Under the pieces are notes generated by a model, which saw only the letters and a list, made by a program, of their open reading frames with translations, ran no database searches and was not told where the DNA came from. Source: Phoronis australis (lineage: Eukaryota; Animalia; Phoronida). Taken from it: 37,392 nt of DNA. Location: NCBI GenBank assembly GCA_002633005.1, contig NMRA01000112.1, positions 279,924-317,315 on the forward strand, written 5' to 3'. This document shows positions 1 to 10,644 of the stretch, piece by piece; positions within the stretch are counted from its first letter, which is position 1; each line of letters begins with the position of its first letter. The position numbers and the translations under genes were made by a program.

Positions 1-183
1 CAGATAAGAGCATAATCTAAACATTTTCTAGATGATCTAAAAAATCTATTTTGGCGCGTAAAAATGGCGGGAAAATTTTGCGACCTGGCATTTACGAATG
101 CGAGCTGGATTTTGAAAATGCGACCTGGGATTTTGGCTAGGTCGCAAAATGCGACCTGGCGATTTGAATAGCGTCGAGCCCTG
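1..183. mobile_element. Right end of a non-autonomous DNA transposon (hAT-like terminus)
   Basis: Repeated TGCGACCTGG motifs end in GTCGAGCCCTG (reverse complement CAGGGCTCGAC, a CAG-type terminus). The left end is not visible, so no TSD check is possible. Confidence 0.4.
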
Positions 184-1109
184 AGATGATGGTCTAAGCT
201 TCTGTGTAACATGCAGAATGCAGCACAAGACAAAAGCAATCAGACAAAATATGGCTTCCCCCGTTCCCCGTCATGACAGCTAAATCTTTTAACGGCAAAA
301 AAACTAAATATCACGGCAGCATAATTCTAATTACAGAATGACTTAAGCACCAAAATAACTTTCCTGGAAATTTCCCACCATGAGAGCGGACTGCTCTGAC
401 AATAAGTTCTGTCTAGCTGTCATGAGAGGGAATTCCGTGTCATTTTGTCTCACACTTCTGTCTCATACTGGTACTGTAGCATTAAGTGCGCATAAGTTTT
501 TATTTCTATCCACCCCGTAGGATATAGAACACCTACAAGCAGTTACTACAGAACCCAATGCTTTAACTTCAAAATTTCTTGTGATAAGTCTCCAGTTATT
601 TAGCACACAATATGACTAACAAGTGAAAATCTATTTTGCCAAATTTCGTTACAAAAGAATAAAACCTTAGTCCTACTCTATGACTAACATGGTTTGTACT
701 GTGGAATGCTAAGCTTTTGAAACATGACACTTTTGAAAAATGACACTTTTGACAATTATGTGAAACCAGAGGAGAATTCCCATGATCCTCTTTTTGCCAA
801 AGACTACTAATGAATTGGAAAGGGTTTCAAACTTCTGGATTCCAAATCTAAGAATTAAAAACAAACAATGCCACAAAGTCCCATGCAGTGTCATCTTTGA
901 ATGTCAATCCTTGTTTTGGTCCATGCTCTGGAGTGGAAATTTTTCTTCTTTTAATACAAGTAATCATTCCTAATTACATGATGAAACCATGAGCCAAAGT
1001 TCATCGATTGTTTCAAGATTTGCAGTCGTTATTTGATGTATTTTAGTTTGAAGTTTACAATTTCAGCTGCGGACTGCGTGGGACTTTAAACGAAGATTGA
1101 GCACCTTAC

Positions 1110-1196
1110 CTGGTCTGAGGGTTTCTTTCGGACTAATTTGACTGATCTCGGAAGAAACGTACGTAGATCATTGTTGTAATTCTTGTTTGACAATCT
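1110..1196 (-). CDS. PDZD11: PDZ domain-containing protein 11, coding exon 2 (RLSNKNYNNDLRTFLPRSVKLVRKKPSDQ)
   Basis: 87-nt phase 0/0 exon with acceptor tttttggtttcag and donor CAG|gtaagg. The peptide matches the human PDZD11 segment as I recall it (DYNNELTQFLPRTITLKKPPGAQ), which precedes the LGF of the PDZ domain. Later exons were not found in 1-1109 and are presumably beyond the window. Confidence 0.9.
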
Positions 1197-1336
1197 CTGA
1201 AACCAAAAATGTCTAAATGGTCAAATGCTTAATATCAGTTGGAGCAATTAAATTGGTATGTGCATCAAGCGAAAAATGGGGAATGTTTGCAAAGCAGTGG
1301 CTAAGAAAACCTGATACACCTTCAGCTTGTTTTTAA

Positions 1337-1416
1337 ATGAAGAATTCTGCGATAGAATGAAAACTTCTGGGACAGAATGAAGACTTCTGTGATGGGATGA
1401 AGTCTTCTGGGATGGA
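1337..1416. repeat. Intronic minisatellite, 4 x 20 bp
   Basis: Units start at 1337, 1357, 1377 and 1397, with approximate consensus ATGAAGACTTCTGGGATRGA. Confidence 0.8.
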
Positions 1417-2676
1417 CAACATTGAAAAATGACTGCGACTATGGTCTCCTCCAACAAAGGATAAGTTGTCTGTCTACACTATGTCTGCAGTCTCTAGCCT
1501 CTACACTTGAAAGGTACAGCCAGGGTAAATGTAATTTGCTGATGCTTCTGGCATAAATGGCTCTGTGGGTGGACCACTGATTGAACCAGCTTCCTCTAGT
1601 CCACTTTTCATGACTATCCACATGTTAAGCACTGATTGTCTGACTCTGACTTTGTGCCTTGGTAGTGCCAGTCATGGGAGCTTCTTTTGATCCGTTAGAA
1701 CATACCTCTACATCATATAAATAATAGAAGGGAGTGGTGTGTAGGCCGTTACATGAATTTACCAAGATAGGCCAAAGGTCAGATACAGATGTCTGCCAAG
1801 GGTTGCAATCTTACCCCTACGCGACACACCTGTCGATCGCTGTCATTGGCTTTTGCTTGATCTTTGATCAGGATCATTTATTGTATTACTCAGATTGAAG
1901 AACAAGCAGCAAATCACGTCTTGTAGTAGCAATATTGCAAACTTCACCAGACTTTTGAAGCATCTTTTGTTCTTGTGTAAATGCATATGCAGTGTTCCCT
2001 TCCTTAATTATACAGTATACCAGATGTATGGTCTAACTGATTGAAATTAGTTCTACGCCATGGTGCTAGTGGAGACCTACAGACATGTCACTGTCACTCT
2101 ACTGTAAGGATTTGTAGCCTACAGTAGACTGACAATGGCACATCCTAATCAATGCTGTATGCCGGAAGATTTTCTTCAAAATACGCTTTACCGTCACTAA
2201 CAGTAAAGCGTAATTTGAAGCGTAATTTTTAGGAATCAGTAACCTATAGTATCATGTATACGTAATTACAGAAGGACACATTTGAAGGCTGTTAGACAGA
2301 TTGAGTCGGACTACCACACTCAATACTTTTTCACACGTGTTATTTCATAAAAATACCATTTAAAAAAGTCAGGACCAAAGTTGCTGAATAGCTGAGAATG
2401 ACCCCTCAAGTAGTCATTGTGCTCTTTCAATTTGTCACCAGCGTGAGTTATAAGCGATTCGAGCCTCGAGGGGAGAGGGGAATTTCTGGAAAACCATGAG
2501 GGGAATTTCGTGTGATTTTTCAATATTTTTCAGAGCCAGAGGCAGAGGGCAACGCCAGAGCCGTGGGGATGGGTCCGATATTCGGCCCCAATCGAGGGGT
2601 TGAAGGCCCCGCAGGCGAGTCAGTATTGTGGCAGACGCTACTGTATTCAGGCGTAATTATAAAAACAGTCTCAAAC

Positions 2677-2760
2677 CTGTTCACGTGGAATCCACGGCGG
2701 AGGATTCTCATACGGAGGCAGGACAGCGCGGGGAAGAGGTTTCTGTACGTCAGTTGACAT
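2677..2760 (-). CDS. PDZD11: PDZ domain-containing protein 11, first coding exon (MSTDVQKPLPRAVLPPYENPPPWIPREQ)
   Basis: ATG at 2760, 28 codons, phase-0 donor CAG|gtttga, in frame with the 1196-1110 exon. LPPYENPPPWIP matches the PDZD11 N-terminal motif LPAYENPPAWIP as I recall it. Confidence 0.9.
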
Positions 2761-2782
2761 TACACCGTATCAGTATCAGGAA

Positions 2783-2797
2783 GCCATTTACTTCCGG
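2783..2797 (-). promoter_or_regulatory. ETS (CCGGAAGT) plus YY1-like (AAATGGC) motifs at the PDZD11 5' end
   Basis: The minus strand reads CCGGAAGTAAATGGC about 25-37 nt upstream of the ATG, typical of TATA-less housekeeping promoters. The embedded ATG opens a 3-codon uORF (ATG GCT TCC TGA, 2787-2776). Confidence 0.5.
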
Positions 2798-3024
2798 TTA
2801 AACTCAGGAAAAACATTAATTTCGAAAGAAGGCGGCAGAGCTTTAAGGCAATTGCTTGGTATAATAAAATAAAAGCTATGAAATCACAGCCCATTTTAAA
2901 CAACTTAAACTGATTTTAAAGAACTATAATGAAAAATGTCTCGGAGCCATATTTGAGCGCCATCTATAACTTAACAAATAAATCAAATAGATGCTGGAAT
3001 GCCGCGCAGTTACCGACGGATAAG

Positions 3025-3249
3025 AATATAAAATAGTAAAAATAGTAAAATAACACGACGAGCATCGGCACTAAAATATATTAAGATATTCTTCTGTGAG
3101 ATTTTATTTATATCCTTTTATTCGGCAGTCTGTGTCATACCCTTGACAAAGAGCATATCGCTCGAAACGTGGGAAATACTGTTTAAACTATTTTAGTAGG
3201 CCTACCGACGCTCGTCGTTTTATTTTTCCTATTTTTATTATTTTATATT
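3025..3249. repeat. Inverted repeat with ~55-60 bp arms, probably a Penelope-like element remnant
   Basis: Arm 3025-3078 (aatataaaatagtaaaaatagtaaaataacacgacgagcatcggcactaaaata) matches the reverse complement of 3189-3249 with a few mismatches and a small indel. The loop holds a hammerhead-like motif. Confidence 0.75.
3140..3173 (+). ncRNA. Minimal type I hammerhead-ribozyme-like motif (U3-A8 variant), likely degenerate
   Basis: Reads ccc-TTGACAA-a-gagc(atatc)gctc-GAAA-cgt-ggg: a core with C3U/G8A covariation, a 4-bp stem II, GAAAC, a palindromic ACGT stem III and ccc/ggg stem I. The cleavage triplet is GUG or lacks the H nucleotide. Confidence 0.55.
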
Positions 3250-3263
3250 AATTAACACCTGGG

Positions 3264-3306
3264 GTAGAGTTCAGTAACGCTAGGTCCTAGCGTTACTGAA
3301 CACTAC
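3264..3306. repeat. Near-perfect 43-bp palindrome
   Basis: gtagagttcagtaacgctagg-t-cctagcgttactgaacactac, 20 of 21 positions paired. Confidence 0.85.
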
Positions 3307-3914
3307 GCGGCAGTTGGTTGCCTCAGTCTCCTATCGGCAGGCCTACTAGTTATTACACATTACCGGTCGGGTAGGACTGACGGCGGCCGCGCAGAATCAC
3401 CGTCGAGGCCCGTTCTGCGGGCACAGCCGAGACATTTCTTCGGGGGCACTCGACTTTATTTTTGACGGCACCGGATACAGCCAGAAAATCAGAACCCATC
3501 ACCCAGAGAGTGGACTCGAAAAAGGGGGCCAATGTGTAGATTTCGTGGTGCAGTCTCAGTACCTAACTATTAGCATCAAAGCCATCATTGAATGTTAAAA
3601 AGATTCGTGCCATGCATTTAGTGGATATCTGAAGTGGGCTTATTGAACCTAAGAACTTCAAGAAACAGTTGGGTAGACAGTGTGGTGGGGAATCATGAAA
3701 CTCAGCCGCCGGACCGTTAAGTCCCCGCGTCCAGACGAATTGCGTTGGCTTTCGCCTGAGAACAACAGCACTAAACCTAGATGTTTAGAGTAAAGTTAGA
3801 AGTCAATAATCTGTCAGTGAGAGCACTACGATCGAACAAGCTTAGGTTATACAGAAATAGCAAGTCTGCTGTGGGACATATAGGCCTAGCTGCATGGATG
3901 TACTTGTCAATAGT

Positions 3915-4050
3915 CAGGTGGCGGATTTACAGGGCAGGGGGCCATGGAGCTTCCAGATTCCATTTGGCAGTTCGGGGGTGCGGATGTCTGACGGCCTGGC
4001 TAATACTCTGCCCTGCCCTCCCCCAACTCAAAATCCTGGATCCGCCCCTG
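3915..4050. mobile_element. Short MITE family A copy (CAGTGGCGGAT...ATCCGCCCCTG)
   Basis: TIRs and internal sequence are shared with copies at 21158, 24828, 32900 and 34252. No TSD is recognisable at this copy. Confidence 0.8.
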
Positions 4051-6139
4051 GTTAGGTCCCGGCCATGTGCCGCTACGCCATTAAAAGTTCTCCGCTTTTA
4101 GACACATAGTGAAATTTAATCATTGCACGTATAATCAATTATTGTCATTTTCCTCGTGATATAGACCTTTTTTCCTTTCTCCTGTAGTGTGGGTCGTATT
4201 TTGTGTATTTAAAAAAAAGATGTCAGCAGTTTTATCTGTCTGAAGAAAGCTTCCGGGGGTGAACAAATCACTTATTCAATATAACATATCCATCGTTTCT
4301 GGCTATACTTTATCGTAAATCTTCAGGAAATGTGATCCTAACCAAACTTTTCACGAGAGATTCAAGTTTATTAGCCAAATCAATTCGAAAAATTTCCAGC
4401 TTTAACAAGTCCAAGGTGATGCATGAGGGCCACCATGGAACTCAGTGAGAGCTGAAGGGGCCACACTCATTGTATATATTACAATAATAAATAAATAAAT
4501 GAGTGGACTTTATTTCAGCCATGCAAACTTTGATCAGTGTTAGTGATGTTGATGGCGCTTGCGGTTCTTATACTAATCTGTATACGAAGCACAATGTGCC
4601 GTGAAATGGTCCAATTTTTGGCGGTCGTCACAACTTTTGAGCCAACATCGCCGGTTGCCGCTATCTCCCAAGGCCCAGTCTCACTCACAACAATTCTCCG
4701 CCTCGCGTCACCAAAAAGAATTAATTTTTGACGGTAGCAATTCACGCCGAAGTTATGTGTTGGCCTATACCCGTACTTGACGTGATCATCTGATAACCAT
4801 TTGTGTGGAGTGAAGCAATTACCGCATTTATTTAGCAATAGCTTCACCATACGAAATCACTGGGTAAATATCAAAATAAATTGATACATCGTGCACTAAG
4901 GCTGGTGAATTTCCACACTGTTCGACTGCTGAAATCGAATTCATCATGAAATCCCTAAAATGTCTTTTTTCTTTCGTAAAAACTAGTGTTCCTTTTTAAA
5001 GTACACATGTACTCACCATGGTTGATTACTACAATGTTTTGTGTACATGTAGGTATTTATAGGACTATTTATGCAAAGTATGCCTATTGCCAGACACTAT
5101 GTTGACTGTTTTGGGCAGTAATGTTACTTACGTACGGTATATAATTATATTCCTGAAAGAGTTAAATAACTCATGTTCTGGTGTAACGAAAATGTATTAA
5201 ATAAAACCAACTTTCAAATCAAGAGCACTGCAAACGTAAACGCGTTACTACCCTACATGAAGGTTATACGGTATGTGGGACCCTAAAATGTCCAAATTAG
5301 GCTGACTTTGGAATACCATATCTCAGAAATGACTGACAGGATTCGTATTAGGGTCACATTCTACGCCCTGTGCACTCCTCTCTAAAGCTCTACTAGGAAT
5401 TGTTTTTTAAAGTTCTACTTTTGCGTGAAGGACTATAAAATATGATCACGATATTCATGAAAAACGCCAGATTCTACAGATGCATACAACGAAAACGAGG
5501 TGATATTTTATGTAGCTCCTTTTTTAAGATCTCATCTTTAAATTTATGCTAAATAAATTTCCACCATGCTATTGACACCGTTGTTTTACTATCAATGCAT
5601 CCTTCTTTTGAAAACTAGACCCCCTATACCTCATTAACGACACGTTGGTAAAATGCCGAACATGTAACTCTACTGTCAGAAAAAATGTACTTTTACTGAA
5701 CTAAAATCTACAGTTTTGAAGAAACTTGGCTAAACACGCTGACATGTCAATATATAAGGGTGTGTCTTCAACCTTAATCAGGTGAACTAAAGTACAACTT
5801 GAGGTGAATGTTCGCAAACAAAAGAATTGAATAGCATAGCGAAACGTTGAAGTGAGGGGATGGAAGGACAATATGGAATAACATACAGCGTATGCCTAAT
5901 ATATTTCACTGAGTATCGTTTATGTGTATGTAAGTTCGTTGGTCACGACATCAACGTCGTTTTCATAATCTATTCCATCGTGCTCTGGCGATTGACTCTA
6001 TCGTTGTTCTTTGGATGATCGACAAATATACCACGAGTTTGAGTAAGTGTGTCTTTCGTAACAAACAGAACCATCGTGTCTGAGTAATGGGCTGCTCTAG
6101 TTCAACCACTTTATTTCATAATGATATTACAGAAAATAT

Positions 6140-6210
6140 CAGTTGCGAGGAATCGAACCCACGAGCTCCGCAACAGCTTCACAAGAACGTTCTGTCGCTG
6201 AGCCAAATCC
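6140..6210 (-). repeat. tRNA-derived (SINE-head-like) sequence
   Basis: The minus strand has an A-box-like TGGCTCAGCG and a canonical B box GGTTCGATTCC (6159-6149). There is no convincing cloverleaf. Confidence 0.5.
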
Positions 6211-7323
6211 AACGCGTGAAACAGTACAGCATTTTCAAGCGGTGGGCCGTAGTTCATAGCATTCATTGTTGTGAGAACTTGGAGGAGAACCTAGTTTTTT
6301 CTTTATGATTAGATAATACACATATAATTCAAATCCCAAGAAGAATATTGAGATGGTAAAGACAACCGGCTTTGATTTCAGCGACTCTCTGACAGGCACC
6401 GACGATAATGGGTAGGCCAAACAATTCGTAGAGGATGTTTTCAAACATGAAATATTTAAGTTTCGTATCAAACCAAATATTCCTGTTTATTTTCAGAGCT
6501 ATCTTTTTAAAACATTTCTTTGTGTAATAGAGTATGGGCTTAAACAATAAGACAAGCTTTCAGCGGAGAAGCTCCGCACTTTCATTTATGAATAAATCTA
6601 TACTAGCAGTTTATAAAACTATGAAATTACGCATCTACGACTTAAAAAGTTCACGCTGCCCACACAGCATCTCAAGAATGTCACATTCCCCTCGTTGGCA
6701 AATCGTGGAGTGTTTTAGTCACGACATTACCACACAATTTAATATTCCATTGTTAAAAGTCACAACAAGTCACGGATTCGGGTCAAGCAAAAAACTCCTA
6801 CACGTTTGAGGTCACGAAAATAAAAGACCTGTAAACCGGTTTTGTAATTTCTGGTCAGGACGAGTATACTATTACCTGTTGTCGTTGATCACTTCAACGT
6901 GACTAGTGAAATTTTACTGAGGAGAACACCCGTCGAAATTCATATTATTTTTGGGAGGCAGGAGCGATGCTGGGAATTGAAAAAAGTAAATGTGTTTAGC
7001 GCCCGAACGAACAAACACAAATTGCTTCAAGCGCAACACTGAAACGTAAGTAACCCATCTTTGTGTACATATGTACGCTGTCAGTCAGCAAAAGGAATTT
7101 CACCTTTTTTCAAACACGTAGGTACGAACACGTGTTAGCCACTTACTTCATACCGTCTTATTTAACCTATATCTTTCGGAAAATTGATGCTTTATAATGC
7201 ACAGTGAATTATTTGGTTGCAATACTATGTAGTCCTCAGTCCCGTATACTACTCATACAGTCAATTGCATGCCAGCTACTGTACACAGAAACGTATACAT
7301 GTACTGTAGATTGCGATAGAGTT

Positions 7324-7553
7324 CCGAGGCGCGTTCCAAGAAAATTGACTTAGCTAAAACAAATCTTAAATGTAAGTCAACTTTAAGATAAAACTTTCAA
7401 GTCCGTTTCAAGAAAGAGATTTTAAGTTTGACTTAAGTTTTCTCTTAATTTTGACTAACTTGCCGGATGTGGAAGTTTCAAAGTTTGAAAGTTGAGACAA
7501 ATCTTAGACTTAAGTAAAAATGAACTTAGTCAGTTTCTTGGAACGGGCCTCGG
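7324..7553. mobile_element. MITE with ~28-bp terminal inverted repeats (possibly Harbinger-like)
   Basis: ccgaggcgcgttccaagaaaattgact ... agtcagtttcttggaacgggcctcgg, with an internal region rich in acttaag repeats. Confidence 0.75.
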
Positions 7554-7719
7554 ACTCATTTTAGTCATACTCACCAGTTTTCGATCATTCGTTTTAAACA
7601 AAGTGATTTCACAACTATTGCTAAAATGGAAATGCAAATAAGAAGAAATCAAATATTGATGTTGACACTAGTTTTTGAAGTGACATGATCGGCGAGAAAA
7701 GTGATTTTTTAAGATAAGT

Positions 7720-7795
7720 CTCCTGACCTTGGAATAGAACCAGTAACCGCCCAGTTGCACTGGCAGTCCAACGCTCCATTCTCGGAACTAAACTG
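7720..7795 (-). repeat. Degenerate tRNA-derived sequence
   Basis: The minus strand has an A-box-like tagttccgagaatgg and a B-box-like GGTTCTATTCC at tRNA-like spacing. Confidence 0.4.
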
Positions 7796-8535
7796 TATCT
7801 ATAAATGGCAGCGTATATTTAACTCAAGTGGTGAAGTGACCGGTCTTGCAATAAATTTGAGCGAACATCTCACGAACAGCGAGAATTGGCGATTTGTAAT
7901 AAAATCATAAGCGAACTTTTTGTTTTCTTCGATAGCTCTTGTCAAAGTTAATAATTATAATAACTTTGCACCTGCGTTTTTCGGCCGTAAAACCGACAAC
8001 GTCCCTTAAAAGGGACACCATCGGCGGTTTCACTGCCGAAAATCCATTACGAATATTTGTGGGCAGGATTGACTTTTGAAGTTACCAGGACGGCCAGAGC
8101 TAAAAACAACAAACCTGTGGCGTAGCAAATTCCTAACCGGAAGTCTTCAAGTCAAAGTTAACATGCCCAACCGAGACGGTGGCCTCGACAAGTTATTTCG
8201 TTCTTAAGTGAAAATGACTGACGCGGGCGGAGTAGTGCTAATCAAAATCGCCAAATCTACTGAATGCACGTGGGAAAAGGAGACAAGGAGACGAAGTCCA
8301 GTGGAGGGTTGATCTCTCTCTAGAATGAGCATTTGTTTGAGTTGGAAGCGAATTCCAGGGCTGGACGTCCGCACGAGCTGAGTAGAACAATGACATACCA
8401 AGCTGTGGTTGCAAGCTGGGTGGATTTCGGCATGCATCTCCCGTGTTCGAGAAATGATTGATATTCAAGCTTGGGCTTATATTCAGATCTAAAATTGCTT
8501 TTGAAAAGCGTAGACATTTTCCAATCTAAGACTAA

Positions 8536-8882
8536 TTAAAAAGATACTAAACCCCGTTGTGACGATTTATGCCAGTACTCGTTCTGTCACCCATTAAGTG
8601 TTGTCAATCTTGGACGATAAAAGCAAGAATCAGCTAAAAACTCACTCTCTATGTCACAGGTAGGGTATTATGGTTCTTGGTGGGTGGTCTTTTCCCACAG
8701 TTGGCGTGCAATTCTCTAAAAGCATAGGCCACGCTTGCCCGTTACGCAGACTTTGAGAAGAGATTTCAAAATATCCTCCAAATTTTGAGGGTAGGCAGGG
8801 GTAACAGAGCATTGTTTCAGAGAATTTGATTAGATAAAAGTCATTTTTATTAATAGGTAGAACAGGGTTTGGTATCCTTTAA
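8536..8882. mobile_element. Kolobok-like non-autonomous element (TTAA-flanked), family K1
   Basis: Ends TTAAaaagatactaaaccccgtt ... aacagggtttggtatcctTTAA are inverted repeats. A second diverged copy lies at 34594-34963. Confidence 0.7.
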
Positions 8883-10238
8883 CCAACTGAAACACTCGGG
8901 GTGCCTCCGACGATTTTCGAACGATCTCGGTTAGTCGGCAGAAAATCGCTTCACCACATGGCCTCCGAAAACCAATCACTCTAGAATTCTGTTTGCATAA
9001 CTATAGTTTTAGAAGGTTAGGTATTACCAGAAAAACTGTGCTATTGGACATCATTCCCGTATTAGAAAATTACAAAACAAGATAGCGAGAAAGACGGCAC
9101 AAGAGGTACCTGAAGGTCACGTGGTTCAGCAGCCAGAGGGGTCATTGCCGTATTGACCTTACAGATTTCTGCGAAACTAAATACAAAAGAAAAATATGCA
9201 CAAGTGAAATGATAAGCTTTTTGATAAATCAATTCAAAGCAACTCAGTGTTGTCTGACTTTGCGCATTTCGATCATGTTATATTGTCACTGATTACGTCA
9301 CTTTAAATGGTTTGTGGACACATGGCTCGTTTTCAAACTCTACTACATAGAATTTTGACAACGGATACTTGATTTTCTAAAAACAATATGTTTACTTGAT
9401 GACGGATTAGGTTGTTGTTGCAAAAATGCCTCGGAGACATTACGACGCTCTTTTTGAGAATGGCACAGTCATTCTAAAACATTTTTGAATCACACTGTTC
9501 TCTATCTATTGTTAAGAACTACCAGGTTGAAGGGAGAGATATTGCCAACAAAAATAGAGAACATGAATTTTCTTCAAAGAGGAACACAATCCCTGTATTG
9601 TCTTTGCTCACAAAACTGTCACCTTGAGTGTTTCGCATGAGTCACAGTTGATGTGTATCGGGTCCGTGAAAAGGTAACTCAAATGCGTTACCGTTTCTCT
9701 GGGAGTGAATGTCCCAACTTTTTAGCAATAAAATGAAGATATATCTTCTATTCACCTATTCTTTTACAGTGGGGGTGTTTAAGCCGCGAAACATGTCACA
9801 GAAAAGTTACGCTGAAGTTCCAAATCGCATTCGTGTGGAAGGCTGGTACTTCCCACGGCATGCTTTCATTGGTTCATCCGCTCTCACCGCGTGTGGCCGC
9901 TGCAAGGGAACGTATAGGAAGATTTATTTTTTTTTGAAGGAGCTTGGCCTCGTTGAAACTTCCAAAAGCAGGCCCTTGTTTTATTTCGTTCTATTTCATT
10001 TAGGAAATGTATTCAGGACTACAAGTACACTCATTTAGTATCATTTAAAATGATAATGAATTCAGTTTTCTTTATGGCCCTAAAACTTGTTCTGTCACCT
10101 GAGGCTCTGTTATTCGTAGGCTACTTCCCGTGAGAAACACATTCACAATCTTTATTCAGCTAAAGCACGCCCTCACAGTGTCGCGACTGGGTGCATGTTG
10201 TGGCTCGAAGTGGGCTGAGTGGGCGACTGCCATCGTCG

Positions 10239-10240
<2 letters not shown>

Positions 10241-10271
<31 letters not shown>
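10241..10271. repeat. (TC)n microsatellite running into an assembly gap
   Basis: Direct reading of the sequence. Confidence 0.95.
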
Positions 10272-10399
10272 NNNNNNNNNNNNNNNNNNNNNNNNNNNNN
10301 NNNNNNNNNNNNNNNNNNNNNNNNNNNNNNNNNNNNNNNNNNNNNNNNNNNNNNNNNNNNNNNNNNNNNNNNNNNNNNNNNNNNNNNNNNNNNNNNNNN
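10272..10399. other. Assembly gap (N run)
   Basis: 128 Ns. ORFs spanning it are artefacts. Confidence 0.99.
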
Positions 10400-10644
10400 C
10401 CTCCCTACTGCCCCCCGCCTTCCCCCGGACCCTCTCCGCCATCTTTCTCTCCCTCCCAATCGTATGACTATGAAAACAACCTAAATACGTTTCTATCTGC
10501 ATTATTTATCTGACATTTGAAAGTGTTTTGTACAAACGTATTTTCAGGTCACAAAGGAATTCAGTCGACCGAGCCGCCGACATCTCAACCTGAAATTTCA
10601 ATGATAAAAGCAAGACGTCGACGATTTCCTAGCATAGAGTAATA

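Noticed and set aside
5751-5757. TATATAA as the TATA box of the large gene
   Set aside because: It sits next to gtcttcaaccTTAA, which looks like the end of a TTAA-type transposon, and such motifs are common in AT-rich DNA.
6140-6210. Functional tRNA gene
   Set aside because: The B box is good but the acceptor and anticodon stems do not pair convincingly; treated as a tRNA-derived repeat.
10130-10513. Several ORFs with ERER/SLSL runs
   Set aside because: Artefacts of the TC microsatellite and the N gap.
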